The notes under the pieces: generated by a model
The model's database searches: none
What the model saw: the letters and a program-made list of their open reading frames with translations, nothing else
What the model was told of the DNA's origin: nothing
Shown here: piece after piece, positions 48,206 through 56,844 of the stretch
Layout of the letters: every line of letters starts with the position of its first letter
How positions within the stretch are numbered: the stretch's first letter is position 1
Made by a program: the position numbers and the translations under genes
Source of the DNA: an uncultured Anaerolineales bacterium
GTDB lineage: Bacteria; Chloroflexota; Anaerolineae; Anaerolineales; UBA11858
NCBI GenBank assembly: GCA_964481465.1
Contig: CAYZTL010000011.1
Span: 38,022 to 102,021 of the forward strand
DNA length: 64,000 nucleotides
Direction: 5' to 3'

Positions 48206-49474
48206 ATGGCTGGCAATCGCTATACGAAACTCCTTTTGGTTGGACTGACCCTCTTCTTTGCCATCCTGGCTTGCAATATACCCCAAGAAGAACTCTCTGC
48301 ATCGCCGGTCACAGAAGAAACCCGACCAAGCGAAGGAGGGGAAGCAAACGAGGAAACACTCACTCCCGATGAAGACCAAGGGGCTCCGCTGACCTCTACT
48401 CCTTCCCTCACACCTACGATCACTCTTACTCCCACGATCACCCTCACCAGCACCCCAGAGGTGCCCATGGCCAGTGTGACCATGAACACGAACTGCCGTT
48501 CGGGGCCCGGTAAGGATTACCAGAAATTGGGGGTTCTCCTGGTGAGAGAGGAAACCGAGATCGTTGGGATCGGCAGCACGGGATATTACTACATCGTCCG
48601 CAATCCCGATAAGCCAAATCAGGTATGTTGGTTGTGGGATAAATATGTAGAGGTACACGGGAACATCGAGGGGATTCCAAAGATGACCCCGCCACCCAGC
48701 CCAACTCCTATCCCGACTATCTCCTATCAGATCACCCCGGAAAGACTTATCAGCTGCGGTCCAACTGAATACATGGTGTATTGGGTCGGAAACGACGGGG
48801 AAACGGCTTTAGAATCAGCGGAGGTGAAAATCAAGAACCTCGATACCTCGACGACCATCTTCGGGCCCGGTCACACCGATGCCCCTTTCACTCCTAACGT
48901 TACCTCCTGCCCACCGGGATTTGACACCCTGGGACCGGGCGGCGCAGCTTATATGGCTATTATGGTTAATCCCCCACCTAACGCTTTAGAAAAAATCCGC
49001 GCAACCGTGAAAATTTGCTCCCAGAATGGGTTAGGGGAACCCTGCTTGACCAAGCAGGTGGATTGGGAGAATGTTGCCATCTCCGATCGTAACAAAAAAA
49101 CGGATATCACCCCCATCGCTCCCCAAGATGTGCTGGACAAGGTCGCTTCTCTGCCCATCTCATCCTGGAGCTACCAGTACGATGATCCATCCATCCGTCA
49201 CATCGGTCCTATGGCCCAGGACTTCTACCGTCTTTTCCAGGTAGGTGACAATGACACGCTCATCCATGGCATAGACGCATACGGTGTTTCCTTGGCTGCC
49301 ATCCAGGCCTTAAACGAACACATGGTGGATATGGAATCTCGTCTGACAGCTCTAGAAAAACAAACCTCCCCGTCCTTAACCCCACAAGTCCCTTGGTGGA
49401 CCTTACTTTTCGTTCTATGCGCAGGTTTGTGTTTAGGTGCCCTTGGATACCGCTGGTGGAGTCAACGATCCTAA
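48206..49474 (+). CDS. Lipoprotein with SH3-like domain, Peptidase_S74/ICA autoprocessing chaperone domain, coiled coil and C-terminal TM anchor
   Basis: Lipobox ILAC; NCRSGPG.DY..LG.L; SDRNKK, HIGPMAQDF, GVSLAAIQAL; TM WWTLLFVLCAGLCLGALGY plus RWWSQRS. GGAGGT RBS. Confidence 0.88.
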   Translation: MAGNRYTKLLLVGLTLFFAILACNIPQEELSASPVTEETRPSEGGEANEETLTPDEDQGAPLTSTPSLTPTITLTPTITLTSTPEVPMASVTMNTNCRSGPGKDYQKLGVLLVREETEIVGIGSTGYYYIVRNPDKPNQVCWLWDKYVEVHGNIEGIPKMTPPPSPTPIPTISYQITPERLISCGPTEYMVYWVGNDGETALESAEVKIKNLDTSTTIFGPGHTDAPFTPNVTSCPPGFDTLGPGGAAYMAIMVNPPPNALEKIRATVKICSQNGLGEPCLTKQVDWENVAISDRNKKTDITPIAPQDVLDKVASLPISSWSYQYDDPSIRHIGPMAQDFYRLFQVGDNDTLIHGIDAYGVSLAAIQALNEHMVDMESRLTALEKQTSPSLTPQVPWWTLLFVLCAGLCLGALGYRWWSQRS

Positions 49475-49567
49475 ACACAAAGTCAGGGATGAAAAAATCA
49501 AAGAAACAACCCAAAGGAAGGGCCGTAAGGTAAACGAGAAACCACATCTCCCATTGGAGGGTAGGAA

Positions 49568-50353
49568 TCAATCAGACAGCACACCCAGGATCTCTTTGGC
49601 TTCTTTGCGCACGATATAAGCCCGGTCCCACTCAAAATTATCCAAGCCAAGTACTTTTCGGCACAGGTTTTTTAATTCCTGGGTTTCCTCTTTATCAAGG
49701 TGATCATAGCGGGCTAGTTTCCCGTAACTGCGCACGGCTTTCGCTCGCACCCCGGCTTTGGGATCGGACAGGTTCTCACCAATCCGATCCAAGATAGCCT
49801 TTTTTGCTTTCAAAGACAGGTCTTGGGGAGGGATAGCCTCCACGAATTTTCCCAGAACCCGGGTGGCTGTATCCCGCAATTCAGGATGGCCTGCCTGGGA
49901 GGCTTCCAATGCGATATCCAGAGCGCGAATGATTTGGGGAGAATCAATTTTACCTAGCGCGTAGAGAACGAAAATCCGCTGTTCAGGTTCCTTTGCAGAA
50001 CGGTATGCCTCGATCAAAGGCTCAATGGCAGATTCTCCTATCCGCCCCATCGCGTGACCAATGGCTAACTGGGCTTTTAAATCCCCAGCTCCAAGGCTGT
50101 CGACCAGGATGGGAATGACTCGCTCCTCAAAATCCGCTACCAATGTGATCGCCTCATCGACCACAGGCAACAAATCAGGTCGATCTAGCAAATCGATGAA
50201 AAACAAAGACTCCAGCATCCCTACTACCTCATTTAAATCATCCTCTGCCAAATCAGGCATTCTCTCCCGAATTAATGCCAGCCCCCGATGGATATCTTCC
50301 GCGGAGTTGCTTGCCAATAACGTTTTTATCTCCTCATATTCCCTTTTGGACAT
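49568..50353 (-). CDS. HEAT/PBS-lyase repeat protein
   Basis: Repeated A..ALG.IG...I.PL helical pairs (IGHAMGRIG, LYALGKI, TRVLGK, VRSYGKL). Confidence 0.85.
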   Translation of the reverse strand: MSKREYEEIKTLLASNSAEDIHRGLALIRERMPDLAEDDLNEVVGMLESLFFIDLLDRPDLLPVVDEAITLVADFEERVIPILVDSLGAGDLKAQLAIGHAMGRIGESAIEPLIEAYRSAKEPEQRIFVLYALGKIDSPQIIRALDIALEASQAGHPELRDTATRVLGKFVEAIPPQDLSLKAKKAILDRIGENLSDPKAGVRAKAVRSYGKLARYDHLDKEETQELKNLCRKVLGLDNFEWDRAYIVRKEAKEILGVLSD

Positions 50354-50626
50354 CTCAACCTCCTCATAACATACTTATATGTAAACCTCTCCCTCTTGAC
50401 TTCCCAAAAAAGTTTGTGTAGATTAAATGTATCCTTCAAAAATGGAGGTATTTTCACCCTCCATTGTTATATTAACATCCTTATCCACACTGACATTCTC
50501 AACGAATTCACACCATCCTGCTCTCATCATAACATCTGCAAAGGATGTTAAAATGACCTATAATACAAAGATGATCTAATTATACATGTTTACGGGTCAT
50601 CTAATTGATTTAAGAATCAGATAAAG

Positions 50627-53600
50627 ATGAGTATCCCTGTCACCCGAACCAGAATAATCCTTCCCCGTCGGCGTCCAGACCTCCTTTCCCGCGAACGTCT
50701 GCTGGACATGTTAGACGATTTACTGGATTACAAGCTGATCTTGATCTCTGCTCCTGCTGGTTACGGGAAGACATCCCTCTTAGTGGATCTCGCTCATCAG
50801 GTTGAATACCCTGTCTGCTGGTACTCCTTGGACTCTCTCGATCAGGATTTCCAACGCTTTCTAGCACATTTCATATCCGCGATTCAACACCGTTTTCCGG
50901 ACTTCGGAGAAAATTCACTTTCCGTCCTGGAAAACGTGTCCCCTAATCAAATGGACCACAGCCGCCTGGTGAGGACAATCGTCAACGACGTTTTTGAACA
51001 CATTGATGAGCACTTCGCCATGGTGTTGGATGATTATCATCTGGTGGAAGATAACGAAGACATCAACCTTTTCATGAACCGTTTGGTGCAGGAAATGGAT
51101 GAAAACTTCCACCAGGTCATCTCCTCCCGCACTTTACTCAGCCTGCCCGATTTGCCGCTCATGGTCGGCAGATCCCAGGTCAAAGGGCTCAGCTTTGAGG
51201 AATTGTCTTTCCGCCCCGACGAAATCCAAGCGCTGATGCAGGAAAAATACCACCAGGTGATCTCCGAACAACAAGCCCAGAGAATCGCGGAACGTACTGA
51301 CGGCTGGGTCACCGGTCTGCTGCTCTCCGCGGAGACCATGTGGAAAGGGTTGACCGGTCAAACCCGCGTCACCCTGGCCTCGGGCGTGGATCTATATGAC
51401 TATTTAGCTCAGCAGGTGCTGGACCAGCAGTCTCCCGAACTGCGTTCCTTCCTGCTACGTTCTTCCCTCCTTGAAGAATTCAACGCCCCACTCTGTGAAG
51501 CGATCTTGGGAGACCCGCCCCAGGGAGAAAGCTGGCCAAGCATGCTCGCCAAGGTCATGCAGTATAACCTCTTCGTCCAGCCTTTGGAGGATGAAGGCAC
51601 CTGGATTCGCTACAATCACCTCTTCCGGGATTTCCTGCAAGAACGCCTGACCATTGAACGGCCGGAGGAAAAAGAGCGCTTACTGCGCCGGATGATCGAG
51701 GTCTATACGGAGCGGGAAGAGTGGGAGAAGGCGTACTTTGTCTGCCAGCAATTGGGGGATCACGAAACCACGGCAACGCTGGTTGAACAAGCTGGTATTC
51801 CTATGATGATTAAAGGAAGAATTGCAACCCTAGCTAATTGGATTGACACTATCCCACAAGCAACGTTAAACAAGCATCCAAATATCGTTGCCCGTCGTGG
51901 AGCAGCATCTATGATGCTAGGAAATGTTGAGGAAGGATCAACCTTTTTAAATAAGGCAGAAGAATCATTAAGAGGGACAGACTCTGTTGATAAACTAAAC
52001 CTCTCTCGTACATTGGTTTGGCAATCTACCATACATAGATTCCAGGGTAATTATAAAAAATCTCTCTCCTACGCAAATGAAGTCTTAAATATGATCCATG
52101 AAAAAGGAGAAGATATAACAAGAATTAAGGCTGAAGCATTTAGAGAAATGGGACTGGGATATTATCGACTTGGGAAGGTTAATCAAGCCCTCGATCCATT
52201 AATAAAAGCAATAAATCTGTATTCGTCGATAGGTGAAGAAAAAGATGAAGCTTTAGTCAACATGGATATCGGACTCACCTCCATGTATGTTGGCAAATAC
52301 AAAACAGCGTCCACCCATTATCAAAACGCACTACAGCTCTGGCAAAAAAACAACAATATCACACAGCTAGCAAATCTATTAAACAACATGGGGGTTTTAG
52401 CCAATCTCCAGGGTGAGTATACACAGGCTAAAGAATATTTTCAAAAAGCTCTTAAACGTGCCCAAGAAAGCGGATACCGTCGCACAGAAGGGTTTGTCCT
52501 CACCAGCTTGGGGGATTTATACGCGGACCTGGAAGCTTACACGGCGGTGAAGGAAAATTACGCTCAAGCCCAAGAGATCGCGCAGGAAATAGGCGATCAG
52601 TACTTACTAAATTATCTAGACATCACCCAAGCTTCTCTTTCTAGAAAACTCCAAAAACACGTCCGGGCCCACAACCTGCTGGACGATGTCGAACCGTACA
52701 TCGAAGAGTCCGGGTCCAGTTATGAGAGCGGTCTCCACAATCTGGAACGCGGGAAACTCTACCTTTCGGAGGGAAAAGCTGAGAAAGCGGTCCTGCTCCT
52801 GGAAACAGCGGTTCGAGAGTTCGAGAGTGGGGGCCAGCGTGTCGAAAGCGCCCAAGCGCACCTCTACCTTGCCCAGGCCTACCAGGATGAGGGAAGCCAA
52901 GAATCCGCAGTCCATCACATCAGCAGAGCCTTTCAAACGGCTTCCATCCTGCAAAGCCTGCACCCCCTCATCCACAGTGGAAGGGAGGTGAAGCCAGCGC
53001 TGCGCGCAGCGCAAAGTACTTCCCAAATCGGGGATCAGGTATCTCAGCTCTTGGACGCCATCCGCGAATTCGAAAAGGAACTGCCATCCTTGCAGTATGC
53101 CATTTATAAAGATGAAGACGAATTGGAACTCTTCATCCCCGGACTGAGCATCCAGGCGCTGGGGCGCGCCCAGGTCAAGCGCCACGGAAAAGTGGTCACC
53201 GCTTCGGAATTCACAAACCAAAGAGCCGTGCGGGAACTCTTCTACTTCCTCCTTGTCCATCCGGACGGCCTGCGCAAGAGGGCCATCGGCCAGGCTCTGT
53301 GGCCTAACAGCGCACCGGAAGAGCTTAAACGCCAGTTCAAAAACGCGGTCTACCGTCTGCGGCGGGCTCTGGGCAAAGAAGTGGTCCTATACGACCAGGA
53401 AGAAAAGCGCTACCGCTTCAACTGGGGGCTAGACTACCGCTACGATGTGGAGGACTTCCGGACCCACCTCTCCCGGGCCCATAACGCAGAAACGGAAGAA
53501 GAGCTCAAAACGGCTCTGGAAAACGCCATCACCCTTTACCGCCACCCTTATCTGCCCCGGGTCTCTCATTTATGGGTGGAGCCCATCCGCAACCGCCTCT

Positions 53601-53872
53601 TCCGGCAGTATAAAGACGCCGTGCTCACCCTGGCAGAGCTCCACCTGGATGCTGGGGATTTCGAAAAATCGGTTCAAACCTGCCAGCGTTTACTTATCAT
53701 TGATCCCTGCCAGGAAAGGGCCCACCGCCTGTCGATGCGTGCCCATGCCGCTTTGGGCGATCGGGCTGCCGTCGCCCGCCAATACCAATCCTGCCGGAAA
53801 GCCCTTTCCCAAGACCTGGATACCTCCCCTTCCCCGGAAACGGAAGAGCTTTACCGCCGTTTAATGGATTGA
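50627..53872 (+). CDS. MalT-like STAND ATPase-TPR regulator with C-terminal wHTH-BTAD
   Basis: L.RERLL..L, SAPAGYGKT, WYSLD..D, VLDDYH, GWVTGL; TPR array; L.IQALG...V, F...VYRLRRALG, YDVEDF, DP..E.AHR..MR. Confidence 0.92.
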   Translation: MSIPVTRTRIILPRRRPDLLSRERLLDMLDDLLDYKLILISAPAGYGKTSLLVDLAHQVEYPVCWYSLDSLDQDFQRFLAHFISAIQHRFPDFGENSLSVLENVSPNQMDHSRLVRTIVNDVFEHIDEHFAMVLDDYHLVEDNEDINLFMNRLVQEMDENFHQVISSRTLLSLPDLPLMVGRSQVKGLSFEELSFRPDEIQALMQEKYHQVISEQQAQRIAERTDGWVTGLLLSAETMWKGLTGQTRVTLASGVDLYDYLAQQVLDQQSPELRSFLLRSSLLEEFNAPLCEAILGDPPQGESWPSMLAKVMQYNLFVQPLEDEGTWIRYNHLFRDFLQERLTIERPEEKERLLRRMIEVYTEREEWEKAYFVCQQLGDHETTATLVEQAGIPMMIKGRIATLANWIDTIPQATLNKHPNIVARRGAASMMLGNVEEGSTFLNKAEESLRGTDSVDKLNLSRTLVWQSTIHRFQGNYKKSLSYANEVLNMIHEKGEDITRIKAEAFREMGLGYYRLGKVNQALDPLIKAINLYSSIGEEKDEALVNMDIGLTSMYVGKYKTASTHYQNALQLWQKNNNITQLANLLNNMGVLANLQGEYTQAKEYFQKALKRAQESGYRRTEGFVLTSLGDLYADLEAYTAVKENYAQAQEIAQEIGDQYLLNYLDITQASLSRKLQKHVRAHNLLDDVEPYIEESGSSYESGLHNLERGKLYLSEGKAEKAVLLLETAVREFESGGQRVESAQAHLYLAQAYQDEGSQESAVHHISRAFQTASILQSLHPLIHSGREVKPALRAAQSTSQIGDQVSQLLDAIREFEKELPSLQYAIYKDEDELELFIPGLSIQALGRAQVKRHGKVVTASEFTNQRAVRELFYFLLVHPDGLRKRAIGQALWPNSAPEELKRQFKNAVYRLRRALGKEVVLYDQEEKRYRFNWGLDYRYDVEDFRTHLSRAHNAETEEELKTALENAITLYRHPYLPRVSHLWVEPIRNRLFRQYKDAVLTLAELHLDAGDFEKSVQTCQRLLIIDPCQERAHRLSMRAHAALGDRAAVARQYQSCRKALSQDLDTSPSPETEELYRRLMD

Positions 53873-54000
53873 AGGCACCATCTGCACTGCCATCATTACT
53901 TCAATAACACATTAATTTTCCACAGGAAATAAACTCTAGAATGGGAGAGGATTGCTGCCTTTTCCCTAAAAGTAATTCAATTGTAATTGTTTTTTCATCA

Positions 54001-54049
54001 TTAAGAGCATGGTTAAGAGCTACCCTGGGAGACCGGAATAGGTCATAAT
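54001..54049 (+). promoter_or_regulatory. Direct repeat TTAAGAGC x2 upstream of a -10-only promoter
   Basis: Repeats at 54001-54008 and 54013-54020; CATAAT at 54044-54049; no recognisable -35. Confidence 0.5.
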
Positions 54050-54095
54050 GTGTTTCCGAGGATACGAAAGAACCGATTTAGTGAGGAGGTCAACA

Positions 54096-54137
54096 ATGAG
54101 ACAGCCAGGGCAAGACGGCGGACCCGGAGCAATCTAG
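54096..54137 (+). CDS. Putative 13-aa peptide MRQPGQDGGPGAI
   Basis: AGGAGG (54084-54089), 6-nt spacer, ATG; sits just downstream of the predicted promoter; followed by an 11-bp inverted repeat. Confidence 0.55.
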   Translation: MRQPGQDGGPGAI

Positions 54138-54395
54138 ATAACTCCACTCCTGTTTTTAACCGTCTTTCAATTACGGTTAAAAAATTGGGCTCAATAATAG
54201 CGCTATCAAATCCCTGTGTTGAATTGGGTCTGTTAGTTTATTTTGGGTAACACCCGATTTTTATATCACACAGATCCATCTAGGTGATAGCGGCTGACAG
54301 AAAAAATGCATCCATCGCAGAAGGAGCCCAGTGGCTATGATGGACAGGAGTCAGAGAAAACCGTAAATAATAGCTTAATATTTTTTTCGAAGAAA

Positions 54396-54426
54396 GGCCC
54401 GATTCTACAAAGAAGCGGGCTCTTTT
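54396..54426 (+). terminator. Terminator-like hairpin just upstream of the NHLP-like gene RBS
   Basis: gcccg-a-ttct-acaa-agaa-g-cgggc followed by tctttt. Confidence 0.45.
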
Positions 54427-54450
54427 AACTGGAATGAAAAGGAGTAAATA

Positions 54451-54804
54451 ATGAACACCTATTCGATGTACTCTCCCCGTTTGGATACGACAGTAGCCAC
54501 GAGACCGGATCAACCCAGTGAGGGCCTCAACCGCTTGATTGCTGCCGCTGTCATCAACCAAAACTTCTGTGATTCGCTGCTCAACACACCCGAATTAGCC
54601 TTGGAAAACGGCTACTTCGGAGAGCAATTCAATCTTGAGGATCACGAAGTGGGTCTAATCCTATCTATCGAGGCGGATAATTTAAGTGATTTTGCCAACC
54701 AGGTCGTTGAACGAGGACATGAAGAATTTGAATACCGACGAGTCAGTGGAAGCAGCTGCTGGGTCCCAGCGGAACCAGCCATGGTCGTCATGGATCCGAA
54801 CTGA
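54451..54804 (+). CDS. Small protein resembling NHLP-clan (Os1348/Franean1_4349-like) leader domains
   Basis: LNRLIAAAVINQNFCDSLLNTPELALENGY.G..F.L...E..LI.SI; AAGGAG RBS. Confidence 0.7.
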   Translation: MNTYSMYSPRLDTTVATRPDQPSEGLNRLIAAAVINQNFCDSLLNTPELALENGYFGEQFNLEDHEVGLILSIEADNLSDFANQVVERGHEEFEYRRVSGSSCWVPAEPAMVVMDPN

Positions 54805-56755
54805 CTTTGACACCCTTTCATATGATCATGGGGATCGCTCCCCGTCCATCCCTGTTGCAATCTGGATGATTGACCGCCAGGGTCAATTCACCCTGTCAGA
54901 AGGTCATGGCCTTGCTGACTTGGGTTTGGAACCGGGTGAAGTGGTTGGCAAATCCATCTACGACCTTTACGCAGATGTCCCCCAGATTTTAGAGTGTGTC
55001 AAGCGGGCCCTAAACGGGGAAACAGTGGAAGCTACAATCCAGGCGGAAGATACACACTGGAACGCGTATTATTACCCCACCCGGAATGCCAAGGGGCGGA
55101 TTACTGGAGTTATCGGCGTGGCTTTTAACAACTCCAAAGAACACGAACTACTACGGAGACAAGAGTTGTTAATGGATCTCGCGGCCACGTTGCGCTCCAT
55201 AAACACCCGAAAAGAAATGCCCGCCAAAGTCCTTGAGAAATTGGTGGATTTGTTCCATGCCCAGGGAGCCATGATCCTCTCTCGTTCTCCATCCAATCAC
55301 GGTTTGGAAATCGAAGAATGTTCAGGGATAGAGGATCTCCTGCAGGGAAAAACAATCAATTTAGATGATTACCCCTGGTTGCTTGATAGATCTGAACAAA
55401 TCATATCCACCGCTCAACCCCATCTTGATGAGCAGATCTCAGAGCAGCTCCCCTTTATCCATGGCGCTCAGGCCATTGCCGGTGTCCCCATTTCTGGGAG
55501 AGATAAGATCATTGGGGTGATCTGGGTTTTGCGCGATCAGCCGCTCAACAAAATGGAATTGGGTTTGTTGACTGAAGTGGGTGAGATCACAGGCATTTCT
55601 TTCCATCAAGCAGAACAATACGAACAAACGCAACGGCGTCTCCATCGCCTTTCTGCCCTGCATGCCATCGATCAAGCGATCACGGGAACGTTTGATCTTA
55701 ACGTCACGCTCAATGTCATTCTGGATCAGGTCGTCACCCAATTAGAGGTGGACGCGGCTGACATTTTCCTTTATAAGCCAAAAACCCACAACCTCGAGTT
55801 CGGAGAGGGACGAGGATTCAATCACACTGACAGTTCCCACCAGCAAGTCAGAGAACGAGTGGGACTGTTATGGCAAGTAGCCCGCGAACGAGCCTTGGTT
55901 AACATCCCCAACCTGCCCCACCGCACACAGACCTTTGTTCGCCGCTCATTGATTGAGGAGGAAGGGTTTGTTACTTACTTTGGGATCCCTTTAATCGCCA
56001 AAGGTGAGATCAAAGGGGTCTTGGAGGTTTTCCATCGTAAGTCTCTTGAAATCGACAAAGAATGGATAAGCTTCTTTAAGACACTGGCCAATCAAGCAGC
56101 TATCGCGATTGATAATGCAGCCCTCTTCGAAGACCTGCGAAAGTCGAACATGAAACTCGATCTGGCTTATCACTCCACCCTTGAAGGCTGGGTCCATGCC
56201 TTGGATTTGCGTGATGAGGAAAGCCAGGGACACACGAAACGGGTAACGCAGCATACGCTGCGTTTGGCCAAAGCTATGGGGATAAACGGGGAGGATTTGG
56301 TACACATCCGCCGCGGGGCCCTGCTCCATGATATCGGAAAGCTGGCAATCTCAGATGACATTCTCCACAAAAAAGGCTCATTGACTGAAGAGGAATGGGA
56401 ACAGATCAAAAAACACCCCCTTTACGCTCAGGAAATGCTGTCTGAAATTGAATTCTTACATCCTGCCTTGGATATCCCGTACTGCCATCATGAAAAATGG
56501 GACGGTTCGGGGTACCCGCGTGGATTAAAAGGAGAAAGGATCCCTCTTGCAGCTCGTATATTCGCCGTCATCGATGTCTGGGATTCATTAACCAACGACC
56601 GACCCTACCGCAACGCCTGGTCTGAGAAAGAAGCCATCCAATACATTTTGGAACATATCGGAACGCACTTCGATCCCAACGTGGTAGAAACCTGGATGGA
56701 AGTGTTTGACATCGAACCTCCCGAGGAGGAAATCTTAGAAGACCTCTTTCGATAA
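54719..56755 (+). CDS. PAS-GAF-GAF-HD-GYP phosphodiesterase (start uncertain)
   Basis: PAS (IDRQG.F..SEG.GL..LG...VVGKS), GAF domains, RDEES.GH..RV, GALLHDIGK, HHEKWDGSGYP, DRPYR. Confidence 0.9.
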   Translation: MKNLNTDESVEAAAGSQRNQPWSSWIRTDFDTLSYDHGDRSPSIPVAIWMIDRQGQFTLSEGHGLADLGLEPGEVVGKSIYDLYADVPQILECVKRALNGETVEATIQAEDTHWNAYYYPTRNAKGRITGVIGVAFNNSKEHELLRRQELLMDLAATLRSINTRKEMPAKVLEKLVDLFHAQGAMILSRSPSNHGLEIEECSGIEDLLQGKTINLDDYPWLLDRSEQIISTAQPHLDEQISEQLPFIHGAQAIAGVPISGRDKIIGVIWVLRDQPLNKMELGLLTEVGEITGISFHQAEQYEQTQRRLHRLSALHAIDQAITGTFDLNVTLNVILDQVVTQLEVDAADIFLYKPKTHNLEFGEGRGFNHTDSSHQQVRERVGLLWQVARERALVNIPNLPHRTQTFVRRSLIEEEGFVTYFGIPLIAKGEIKGVLEVFHRKSLEIDKEWISFFKTLANQAAIAIDNAALFEDLRKSNMKLDLAYHSTLEGWVHALDLRDEESQGHTKRVTQHTLRLAKAMGINGEDLVHIRRGALLHDIGKLAISDDILHKKGSLTEEEWEQIKKHPLYAQEMLSEIEFLHPALDIPYCHHEKWDGSGYPRGLKGERIPLAARIFAVIDVWDSLTNDRPYRNAWSEKEAIQYILEHIGTHFDPNVVETWMEVFDIEPPEEEILEDLFR

Positions 56756-56844
56756 GTAAGATTTCTGGGTTTACAGGTTGAAACCCCACCTATTAAAAAA
56801 ATAAAATAAACCGCACTATCACCCTCGCATCCATTGCATTCTTC

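Noticed and set aside
52616-53260. 214-aa minus-strand ORF and similar antisense ORFs within addA/addB/HD-GYP genes
   Set aside because: They are fully antisense to well-supported genes in GC-rich stretches and contain no family motifs.
54290-54350. Possible c-di-GMP-I riboswitch (ctatgatggacagg resembles the P2 3' strand) upstream of the HD-GYP genes
   Set aside because: The GCAAA/GAAA tetraloop/GACGCAAAGC core is absent; only an Infernal RF01051 hit would support it.
54306-54428. 40-aa ORF MHPSQKEPSGYDGQES... with slight resemblance (P-x-G-x-D-G) to the 13-aa peptide
   Set aside because: No RBS before its ATG and the similarity is too short to be meaningful.
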